Assembly (NCBI RefSeq): GCF_001949145.1
Contig: NW_019091358.1
Span: 2,598,535 to 2,662,534, forward strand
Length of the DNA: 64,000 bases
Source: Acanthaster planci
Lineage: Eukaryota
Direction: 5' to 3'
This document shows, piece by piece, positions 1-24,800 of this stretch (the stretch's first letter is position 1; every line of letters starts with the position of its first letter). A model generated the notes under the pieces. That model did no database searches. It saw only the letters and a program-made list of their open reading frames with translations, and was not told the DNA's origin. The translations under genes and the position numbers were made by a program.

Positions 1-215
1 AGCAAATTCTTGCAAATTCAACAACACAGAACTTTCGCAGTGAAATTTGCTGGAGTTGGAATGCAGCCAGCTTTTCCGAATGTGGAAATAATTGATCTGA
101 CGCCACCAAAGTGTGTTCGCTTTCACACTAAGTATGAGCTGGCCTTTTTGGTGTGAAGCCATCCAGACACAAACCTCCAGCTTAATATCAGAATATGAGG
201 TCGTCCTTACTTTAG

Positions 216-13239
<13,024 letters not shown>

Positions 13240-16200
13240 GAACCTGTCTGTCATTCCTGGTCAGGTGAATCCACAAGATGTAGCGTAGTAATAGTAAGAG
13301 ATAAAGACTGTCCCTCCCCCTAAGGGGGCGGGGATTTGATATTAGCTCCGCCCCTCCAGTAATGTATCAATAACGTCAAGTTGATGGAGTTTAACAAGGT
13401 GAAACTTACCTGGAAATTTGCCCAGAACTGTCGAGAGTCTTAGACGTTATGCATGGACGTCGACGCAAGTTATCAAATTGAGAGTTGGGCAACAGAAATT
13501 CAGGTTTTTCAAATGGACCCTCAGTATCAAGGCTCAGAAGTTGTTCTGTCTCTCATGTTAACATGACAATTTGAAGGTATGAAAGTCATCATGCCTGTGA
13601 TTCATAAGATATATTTGAATTCAGCCAGCAGAAATGAAATTTGAAGAATTTCATCCATTTGCTTTGAAGATAAACAGTATTGGGAAAGCCCAACATCAGT
13701 ATCTGGCCTTTTGTTTGTCATAATGTACAGGTTTTTTCAAAATGAGTCTAAGAGCTTGCAGGTTTTTTTTCTCAACCACCATACAGCAGTATTTTCAACC
13801 ATCATCTGCAATGGGGCACCAGTGATGCCGTGAACCAATGATAACGTGAAACCCAAACTCCAGAATTGGTGCGATGATTGTACAATGAGGCACACAAGCT
13901 TTCCTCCTGTCTGCTGATTCCTTTCTTTCCACCACTCATGCATGTGCCATCCAAAATGCGATAAAATCTGTAGGCCTACAGAGTCCTTTTTTCTCTGAGA
14001 AGCTCGGAATTTCATGGAATATACAGAAATGTGAGGAACTGTTTGATGGGACGGTGCACGAGTGGAAGTGAAAGAAATGCACACGTACCAAGAACACTTT
14101 AGGTACACCGAACAGTAGAGCACCGCTTGCTTGCATAAGCTGGCCCTATTTAATACCAAAACCAACGCCCTGAGTCAAATTTCTATTCAGTACAGTGCCC
14201 CCTATCGACCATGGAAAAAAATACAATCATGCAACTTGATGAATGGTAACCTATTTGATTGGAAACCTATTTTCAAGTTTGACCCAAATGTTGAAACAGG
14301 ACACTGCTTGGTTTAAGCGATGTACGCCGTTCACGTACAGAACAACAGCGTCATGATAAACGCAGTATTTTCCGAACACAAATCTCTCATGAGAAGGGTC
14401 ATTATTTCCCGTAATAATTATTATTTCTGCATAATAAAAAAAAAACAAAAGGGATGTTCCTTCCATTGATAAGGGCGCTGATTGTAACTGACTGTTGGCA
14501 AGCAGTGTGCTAGAGTGTTCTTCTGTGCGGCAAAAAAAATACGGTTTCCATCTGTCACCTGTCAATATAGCATGCACGTTCATGGAGCTTATCATTTCAG
14601 TCTTGCATGAGGAAAGGAATAGGGATGACACGTTAGCAATGGCACAGACGTTGCGTGACGACGGAGCTTTTAAGAAAATAGTGGATTCAAACATTGGTCT
14701 TGTCTAAATTACTGCTATAACTTGTAATTCTTTCTGTCAATATGACAGTCCAATTTCAGTGCAGCACCTCCATATGGCGCATAGTAATAAACAGGGCCAT
14801 TGGTAGCCTGGAATAGAACTTACTTTGGCAGGCCCGTGTCAATCAGTCCATCAGACGAGTCCAACTGAATAGAAAGCATTTTAGAGAAAGCTAGTCAAGA
14901 TGAGGTTTAAGCCTTCCTCAAAACTGCCGCCAGGCGGTTTGGATGAGTGACACTCCTGAGCTGCCTTTCATTTATCCCTGCTCTTCCCCGCCCCCGCCCC
15001 ATCATTTTCAACCGAACAAATTCTCACTGCACCACAGTAATTTTTTTTTTATTAAGTATATGCACGTGGACTGGTAATGTCTGTACATTTGTAGTTGGTT
15101 TAAAAATAAATAATATGAGTGGAATTGTCATGCTGAAGATTGAATTTTAATACCTGGGTGGATCAGTTCACCCGAATTCGAATATTGTACAAATGTGAGA
15201 GTTTTCATGTAAATAGTAATAATATTGAAATTCAGAGTTCTTCGTGTATTGAAGCCATCCTGTAACAACTGTACCAGATTTCTATAACCGTAGTCTAACC
15301 ATGGTCAACAAGACTAATATTAGAAGAAAAAAAATTGGTCTGCAACACTTACATTGGTTGTTGTAGGAAGCGCCAATAAATTAAATTTCCATCAAAATGC
15401 CAAAACCGTTTCAAATGTTTTGGCTTGAGGAACTGGACGAATTAAGAATGCTGACTTCCATATTTCTCAGCCGCAACAACCACAACAGGAATTCTACAAA
15501 TCCAGTTCAGTTTTGGAAATTCTCTGATGAATTCAGCACAGACAGGGATATCCACACAGCTGGACCCCCCCTCCCCCAAAAAAGTGGGGGAAAGGGATGG
15601 TGTTGGATTACTATGCCCAGAAACAGCTTTAGAAAAATCAAAAGTTCACTTTGGCAGAGAAAAAGAATGCTTCAGGGAAAGACTGTGCTTAAAAACCACA
15701 TCACATAGCAATTGGACTGGCAAGGTGTCTCTCTTAGGCTTTTCTGTTTTGATTTGGTTTTCCAGCAAAATAATGTATTTTGGTGTGTTGAATCCTCCAA
15801 CCATACACCACAAATTCCAAAGTAGATGTGTATCCAATATTTTAATACATGTACTTCCGAGAATATCTACATTTAGTAACATGCAGAATAATGCAAAGAA
15901 TGTTGATATTTAAGTATTTAGATAAACTACATATCAAGTATGTTGAATTTCATGGGGGGGGTATGAATGACTTCTGTAAGTCAGCTATTGATCCATTTAA
16001 TGTGAAATCTGGATTTCTGGATGTATTGATGTATGGACTTCATTGCACATGGTTTGGTTCTCAGTAGAGTGCAAACTCACTGTCAAATGTGAGACTGAAA
16101 GTCCATATTATGCTGTTTGAAGTGACTGGATTTTATGCGTGTCCAAATTTCATTTGACACCGACACTGTTGGCCTAAACAAGGATCTATGCTTGCACAGC

Positions 16201-18209
16201 CTTGCTCCGGCCATCCCATTTCAAGTCAATGACAGAGTGTGCACCCTTCAACAGTGATTTCCCCTCTTTTTGTGTCGAGGGCCTATGGAGAAATGCAACT
16301 CAGATATGTTCACAGCAGACACCCAGTAGGACTAAAATGAAGTAATTAGCATCGTTTTCTTCGAATGCCAAAATGCTTTCAGTGAACACAAGTTTTAGAT
16401 GAGATCAATTATTACATTGCCGCTGCCACAATGTGATGGGTTAGTCTTAAACAAATGTACAACTGTATGTTGTCCTCATTATCTTGTGTATATATATACA
16501 TTTTGAAAGTAATCAGTAGGTGATTCTTAATAAGAGTTACAAATTTATACATACAAAGCACGACAGTTTTTTTTGGGGGGGGGGTTATTGTATGGTGCAA
16601 TTTTAATGCTTCCTGTATGCACAATTTTCCGGCGCTGAAGAATAGAGTAGCACAAACATCACTGGAGTAAAAGTGAAGTAGTGCTTCATAAGCAAGATTT
16701 CAGTGGCTTCCCTGAAATGTCACCGTATCTCCCGATTTTCCAACTGGCTGCACGGTCCCAAAGTGCCTGAAAATTCAAGCGACGACAGCGCTAGACTGGC
16801 AGGTTTGGGTGGAATGGCGAACATCAATTCACTTTTTATTGGCAAAAGATTTTTCTTAACCTTTATAGATGCTATTTTCATAAGTTTCTGCTGAAGCCTG
16901 AAAGTATGTTCATGTAATATGTAATTCTCCGACCCTTTGTGCATGGTATTCCTGGCCTTAATGTTAAAGCAAAGACACCGCATTCAAACTTGGCAGTTTT
17001 GCTTTTGTGTATCCTCAAGCTTTTGGGCAGGTTCCTTAAAGGCAGGCAGCATTTATAAGACTGGAAATCTTGAGAGAAACTATAAACAAAAGAATGCGGG
17101 GTTCGTAGATGGTATGCTAGCAGTAGTCCAGATGTTCTTGAACACAAAATATGGGAGCAGTGTTTTCCTGTCGTTTTGAACACAATTTAATTCCGGGTGT
17201 CACTGTGTATAAGTAACATCTGCCACTCTAAGCAACAATAATGCTGTAGTTGGTATGTTTTTCGAATTTGTCATTCGTTCCATTTTCATGATGTCCACAG
17301 GGGCTTGCTGTAGCCATTTTGGTAGAAAATGGCCAGCGCCCAAGTGGAGATGTTAGTTTTTCCTAAAAAATATGGTTCATAAGTTCCATCTGGCCAGTGC
17401 ACGCAACGTCAGCCTCGCGCCTCTTTTCTCCTGTTTATTTAACAGAACAAAGTGTACCCTTGAGGGTACAGTGATCGATGTTGCCACCCACGTCAAACCA
17501 CACCCCCCCATGACAGGATACTTGTTGTAGGGCCACTGGTGTGGTCAACTGCAGCAGATCAAGCTACAGGTTGACCAATGTCTGGCCCTTATTGCCAAGG
17601 CCGAGTCTGAGTCATGTGCCATGCATCGATAATGAAGTGTTTATACTGCACATAATGTATAATGCCAAAAATTGAAATGTGCACTGAACAGCAGAATGCA
17701 AATTCCTCTCTACTCGGGGCAAAACACAGCACCGTTTTGACACTTCATAGAGCCAATAGCAACATGTGGTGTCATTACTAACTGCACCTTGCCTATATGG
17801 TCCCAACAGACTGATTGCACCTACCGAGTCACATGTAGTGGGTGTTAAAGACGTCAACAAACACAAAGTCCTCCTATAGCTAAGTGCATCATACATGTCA
17901 TTTAACCTGTACAATACTCAGACTGCTGATGTGTTGAGTGCTATAGTTGAAATCAGTTTTATTTTTGGTCAACACTTAAAACACACTTTACTGTGGGAGT
18001 GATACTCACTGTATAGGTCACATGAGTTTTGGTATGGTGCATCATGTGACAGTGGTAGCCTGGAACAAAATACCTATTAAACAGCCACTGGAAGCTGCCG
18101 ATGGTGGTTTATACCCAGAGTGCTCCAATCTTTAGTGGGGGGTTTTGGACTACGTATACATATTTATCCCGATATGCAAGTGGCACGTGTGTATTTGCCT
18201 AGGTGAACT

Positions 18210-18215
18210 AATAAA
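18210..18215 (+). terminator. Candidate distal poly(A) signal of NEDD4 (about 5 kb 3' UTR)
   Basis: AATAAA followed by a U/GU-rich tract. Other AATAAA hexamers occur at 14786 and 15375. Confidence 0.4.
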
Positions 18216-18879
18216 GTGCATTAGGTGAAATAATCTTGATTTGCATTATTTTTAGCCTGAGATTTCTGTGATTTTTTGTGCCGCATTGAATCAATGCTTC
18301 ATGTATATAGAGCAAAGCATTTCTTTTGATATTTGAATAAACTCAAAGGACAAATGGAGAATTCCAAGTCATTGGACTAGTTTGTATCTAGTATCAATTA
18401 TCTTCCAAACAAATAGTAATAGTTTGAAATCAATTCTGGTGATATTTCCATGTCAAATAACAAAGGTCAAGTGTAACAGGGACTCAAAAATGTCACACTT
18501 TGATCCCTAAGTTTTTGGAATTGCAAGTCTGCTGCCTGTAATGACCACAGAACACAGGCAGGGCAATATACGAGCGGACAGCATGCTCAGTCCAAAACGA
18601 GTATACTTCCGGTTCTTTTCAGAACCTCACATACTCTGAGATATCTTCCTTCGCATGGTGCTACTGCAAGCCTTTCCACTTATTGCTGTCTTTCACCATG
18701 AATAGCCTGAGATCCCATCTGTTCTGTGCAACGAAATATGCCACTCGGAAATGAACTGGAAGGCACTCTATGAAAATTACAGAAATGTCTTCAGCTGTGA
18801 AATACATGTACCCATCCTGCTTAGACAGTGAAATGACACATGGAACAGCCAAACAAAAAAACAATGAATCATCAATGCT

Positions 18880-18885
18880 TTTATT
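18880..18885 (-). terminator. Candidate poly(A) signal of GATAD2 (about 3 kb 3' UTR)
   Basis: TTTATT on + (AATAAA on -), with a U-rich element downstream on the minus strand and ATTAAA about 20 nt upstream. Confidence 0.5.
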
Positions 18886-19297
18886 ATTACAATACCAATA
18901 TCTTTAATGTTCTACACTTTCTTGTAACACCCCCAAAGAGTTTGTACAGGACTGTCCCCCGTAACTTACACGTAGACAACATCACAAAACCGTTTAACAG
19001 AAGATGTATCAAGTCCCACATCCCCCAAAAAACAAAAAAAAAAATTACCTTGTAACATCGGAACATTCCTCACAAGACTTGTTTCTCCACAAACAAAAAC
19101 TGTTTTCCCCACAGGGAATGCTTACGGCCCAGTTTGAGTGGAATTGGATTTGCATATTTTTCCACACGGGAGGGGGCCTTATGTCAGTCTCAGAAATGAA
19201 GGAGTACGACTTCATTTTTTTGTGATCATGAAAAAGCCTCTTGAGGTCCTTGGTCTTTTTCCTGAAGACGAACATTAACACAAGACTTGGACCAAAC

Positions 19298-19626
19298 CAG
19301 AGCTGTCTAGAGAGAGAGAGAGTTGCGCCATCTTCAGCCTTTGGGAACCAACATGGCTGTTTATTATGAGTGCAGTACATCATGCAACTATGAGCCAGTT
19401 CAGTATTTCAAAAAGCCAAGGTCTTTTGGGAACAAAGCGCACGCGAGTCAGTGTATGGTGCGTTGATAAAACAGACTATTGGGCACGTGTAGCCGTTCCC
19501 AAATAGCCTCATAGTGGGCATGCCCTGTTGAAATACCGAACTTGCTCATCATGTGCTGTCGGTGTTCATGAACCACCATTTTTGTCCCGACTGAGATACT
19601 CGCAACTCTCTCTATAAACAGCTCTG
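19298..19626. mobile_element. hAT-superfamily MITE with perfect 8-bp TSD
   Basis: GACCAAAC at 19290-19297 and 19627-19634. TIR CAGAGCTGT..AGAGAGTTGCG / CGCAACTCTCT..ACAGCTCTG. Nested inner inverted repeats at 19390-19411 and 19528-19549. Confidence 0.85.
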
Positions 19627-21829
19627 GACCAAACTATTTCCACTCCAGGACTCCTTTGTGGCCAGAAAAAAGAACATTTATCACTCCCTTTGGCAACAGA
19701 ATTATTACACTCTCTTTATGATGCCCACAAAAGTACAATCTTAATTGTCAGGTTAGTCACACATTCCATTCACCTACTTGCAGTTATTTGTGTTGAATCA
19801 GTCTCCAGCTAGTTAAGTTATGAGTTGCTGACTGTTGTAACAAGAACCTTTTTTTTTTTTTCAACCGTGAAACCCCCCCATCTGAAAAATCTAGGACACT
19901 GATAGTACTTTTCGGCAAGCATGAAATATCCATGTTGACTGTGAGCCAGCTGATGAATCCCCCCCTTGGAATATTGAGGATTAAATATTGCATTTTTTTA
20001 GGTTAGATTACGTGAAATAAAATTAAGCCATCCCTATATTGGACAGATACCACTGTTAATGTCACAGGAAAGTATTTGCCTTGGGAGAATTCGGTACTCG
20101 GTTAATCTGAATAAATAACTTTTTTTATTCCTTTTTTCTCCTTTCAGAAAATCTTAAATATCCAATTGTGATAGTTTACATTTTTCAATTTGCAACACAT
20201 AAATACCTAATTGGAGTATTTAAAAAAAAAAGATTTTCAGATGAACGTCCGGTGGGATGGAATCTTCCGTCATGCGCATACACGATACACAAAAACAAAT
20301 GCTCATCAGTTGATCAGACCTTGGAATTTACCAAGATTGGAACATGCAAGTCGAATCACTTTTCCCCCATGCACAGGACTATGGTATTCTTGCCCACGTC
20401 TAGGGCTAGACCAACAGGGAGAAAACTCTTGGGAATATTCACTGATTTTTATGATTACACCCTTTCCACCCCCAAAAAACTTACCACTCCATACAAAAAG
20501 CTCTCCCTACCCAACCACTCCCATTGAAGAGGAATTTTGGCACCTGTCCCATGCTCAGAGACAAACCCTTTTGTTGTGGGCTAACCATGGAAGATAACAT
20601 ATTCACCATTAAATAATTTACAGGAGTTTTTTATGTCATATCAATAACAACGGTGTTCATAAACTACAAGTATTTACAATCTTTAGATCGCTTTACATAC
20701 AAACATGAATTGCTGACCAAATCTGTCCAACCCTTAATGCTCCAATATTCAAATAATCTGAGCAACATTGCAATTGTAAGGCTTTGGTCAGGAAGATGAA
20801 CATTCTCGTTTGCTTCTCTGCTATTTCACTGTTCTTGCATTTTTCTTCTTTTCCCACTTTTGTTAAAACCAACTGAGCAAACATTGCAAATTAAGTCTGT
20901 CCAAATAAATTTACAGTGAATTAGAGCAGATGTGACCCACTTGCAAATAAATAAAGCCTATCATAATCTATCACAGCCACTGTTATGGAGGGACCCTTCC
21001 CCCGGCTACCATCGGCTCTTCGAGCTGTATAACGATAAATAATTAACAGTGGCCCGTTTCAACACAAGGTAATCCCACTTTGGGGCAACTTGGTTAGCCT
21101 CCTACTCAAGAGGTTGTCTGCTTGAAACAAGGAGTAGGTTTCTCTCTTGGAACTGCTGCCAAGACCGGAGCGTTCTTTTGTGGCTCTCCGTCATAAGAAG
21201 TGAAACTAAAATATCATGTCGGAGAAATCAGGATGCAGCACCTTCTGCAATAACCTGCAGGTGTTTGGATTCAGATACTTTCCGTTCACCTGAGGGGCTC
21301 GGTTATCTGGCCGATTACGTGGAACATCATATCATGAAGACAACGTAAGAAGCAAGATTTATTTTTAAATGAGCTGACGGGCTTGAATGACCTGCAAAGT
21401 GCGGAGGATTCCGGTTCAAGCTTCGCCATCCACGGCCAATAGCAGTGTACTCTTCACTGACCTCGGACATACATTGGCCAATGAGTGCACTTTCAGAAAC
21501 CAGACCAGGTGAGCTGACCACCAGCGATTTCTCATTTCCTGACCGTGGCCCTCAATACCACCAATTTAAGGGTTACATGAGTAGATGGACAGCATCTCCT
21601 GCATGCTGCCAGATTCACACACCAAACAATGCCCAGCATATCAACCCCCCCAATTTTCACAGATGAGAAGGCTAAATGATCCCCGGGTATGCTTTCTTAC
21701 GACAGCACGTCAGTGTTTGGCCGATCAGGAAGAGAGAAAAAAAGTGCCCTCTACAGACTGTATGAAGCTATTTCAACACAATCAGGGTTGGGGATTGGAA
21801 GGGGGAGAATGAACGCTGGCTAGGAGGGC

Positions 21830-24800
21830 TCATCTCTTCCACGGGACAGCAGGGTTCTGATTGAGCACCTTGGACGGGATCATGTCTAGTAGGTATTCCC
21901 GCTGCCGGGCTGCTGCCGAGTGGTGACTGCTAGAAATCTGGTTCTTGCTCACCATCTGAATCTGAAGTGCAAGAAACAAACAGGGAGAATAAAGTTCTTT
22001 CCAAAATTGAACATCACATCAAGAACTCATTGAGGGACCATACATACAAAGTGAATATGATATCACAAAACATTTGGCATGAAAACTGCTCCAGAAGAAA
22101 TTTGTTCAATTTATGCGAATCCGCAGTGCAAATATTCACATTCGTGTTAGCCTCAACCCTGAAGATGGTAGGGAGAATTTCAGGGATGCAGAAACAACGG
22201 ACCTGGGACGAGGGGACTCTGTAGGCAAACGCCTGGTTTGAGTTCTTCACCCCGCTAACATGGGGTATGTAGGTGTAGGTGACTGGCTGCATGACTCGCT
22301 GGGTGTTGGGGGCAGGGTTGAGCACCGTGCGCTGCTGCTGATGGGGTACCGGGTTCATGACTCGCTGCCTGGCCGACTGGAGCTGGGAGCTCTGGTGGTG
22401 CTGTCTGGATGTCTGCTGGCTCTGCGTAAGGAGGGACACCACACAGAGACGTGTCAACGCATAGCAGAGCAAGCACATGTATGCGGTCGAATCATGAGGC
22501 AATGTCTGACAAAGCACAATGAATTATCACTACTCGGCCTAAGGAGCACTTGTTGACTGAGGGTGGGCCGGTATGTTCTGGTTCAGTGGGACAGGGATAG
22601 GTGCGTGGTTTGCTCCAAACAGCCACGCGTATTACGCCAGGAAGCCGAGTATGTGTGGCTTGCAATGACACTTAAAAGAAAGTTCTGTGATCCTCTGCAA
22701 TACAACATGTAAGACATAAATCCCTTTCATGCAAAGTTCTTACAAAGGTTGACTGTGGAATAGTCTCATTCCAGTATTGAAGGGCCAAACATAGTATAGT
22801 CAATTATGGCATACCTAACAACTTTCCCTCAGCTTACCACAATGACTACAGAGACTAACTAGGGTACTCACGCTGTGGATGACTGGGTTCTGGCCCTGCT
22901 GCATCCGCTGCTCAATCTCTTGCTCCTGCTGTAGCGCTTTGACAAATGCCGTCTTCAACCGGTTGGTGTGTTCCGCCTTGAGGGACTTCTTCTGGTTGGA
23001 GACGATGCAGGTCTCACACATGATGCCCTGCTTGGCATCCTGCTTCCAAATAGTGGTGAAGTCCGTCTTGCACTGGGCACAGCGGAATGGGTCGGTGAAG
23101 CGCTGTGGCGTCTTCCGCTTGGAGTCCTTCTCCACCTCCAGGATGGTGTTGACCACCTCCTCCAAGCCGACCAGGATGATGAACTCGTTGTTGGCCGCGC
23201 TAGGCAGGAAGTGGAGCTCTGGTGGGGGAGGCTTTGGCGGAGGGATCTGTAGCAGGGTCTTCTCAAGCTGCTTGCGGAGGGCCAACTTGGCAGCCGCTTG
23301 GCGGCTTGCTGCCGACTGGCTGTCATTGGCTGTTGTTGTGCTGGGGCGGGACTGCTGGCTGACGAGCTGCGAGCCAGCCGTCTGCAGAGATGTTGTGCTG
23401 ACAGTTCCTGTGCCGCTGACTCGTATGATGTGCCGGGTGTTCTGGACGGGCTGCCCTCCCCTGGACACCATGACGAGCGGAGGTGGCCCGCTGTGAGGGG
23501 TCAGCACACTGCGCCCGATGGTCTGGATCTGGGAGCCCCGCACCAGCTGGGGCATCTGGATGGCGTGGCTGCCAGCCTTCTGCTGGTGCTGCTGTTGGAG
23601 CTGCTGCAGCTGCTTCAGGTGCTGCAGCTGTTGCTGCTGCTGCTGGGCCGACAATTGGATCTTGGCGCCTGGGGTGGTGCGGAGTACCTGCGGCAGCGTG
23701 GCATTGATAACGGGCGTGGGATTGGGCTTCTGGGGAGGCAGTACAGCGCTGGTGCCGGCCGAGTCAGTGGCAGCCGCAGCCCCTTCCTTGGGCAGGACCT
23801 GGACGGGCTGGAGCTGACTCTGTCGCAGCTTCTTAAGCAGCAGCAGTTTGCCCTCCTCAGTCCGCAACTCTTCCTGGAGGTCCCGGATGGCTTTGTCCCG
23901 ATGAGCCAGCTCCTCCTCCGTCAACTTGCCCAGGGGGTCGTCGTCGGGAAGGGGCGAGAAAGGTCCCGTGTCGATGGAGCTTGTATCGTCACCATCTGGA
24001 GTGCCATCCACTTCATCGTCTGACAGGACAATCACATCATCCTGGGGTGAAGATGATCTGGAGTGCTCCTTGTTTCTACGGGCAGGAAATGAAACCACAA
24101 ATCCTAAATTTGCCACACATCAAACAAACAGTTCCAGATACTGAATTACAACTTGCCTTCCACATGATCAGTACAGCATGGTGCACAATTGCACAAAGCA
24201 CAATATGCCAAAAATTCTGCCCAAAATAATTCACCTGTGATGAACACACTGAGTAACTGCAAAGGTTTTACACGTACTGACAACACGTGTCACTTGTACT
24301 GAACTTCTTCTGCTGCTTACATGAATGTTGCTTATCCCCTACTCTTCTACTACTTCCAAAACTCTTCAATATTGGCATTGTTAACCCTAACCCCCTAGGC
24401 TCCTGTACTAAAAAGCACACTGAACCTCACAAAATCCAACAGGTTCATGTACTTGTCTATGTACTTGTACATGCAGGTCACTGTACCAAACCTGATAAAC
24501 TCCAACAGAATGAGCCCCTTGGTGTTTGAGTGATATGGTATGGAGGGGTCTATGCAGTATAGGATGACTTGCACTGAACAGTACCAAACCTGACAAAATC
24601 AAGCATAGTCCAACAATTGGTAAAGCAAGCCAGACACTGTACACAATGACCCGTGTGTGTCCCAACTCACACAGAATCCAACACCATCTCCCTAAGCCTT
24701 TCATCCCAAGTCTCACGAAATTCAACAAGTTCATCAGATACAGTACCAAACCTGACAAAACCTGCTGTTGGAGTATGGCAGGTTTGGGGTGGTTAGGATT

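Noticed and set aside
22879..24144. Long plus-strand ORFs (205 aa, 241 aa, Cys-rich 99 aa)
   Set aside because: They are antisense shadows of the GC-rich, Gln-rich GATAD2 exon.
24381..24395. TAACCCTAAC resembling a telomerase RNA template
   Set aside because: It is an isolated 10-mer. No pseudoknot, CR4/5 or H/ACA domain is recognisable nearby.
24481..24762. CRISPR-like repeat-spacer pattern
   Set aside because: Only three copies with very unequal spacers, no cas genes, and it lies in an animal intron.
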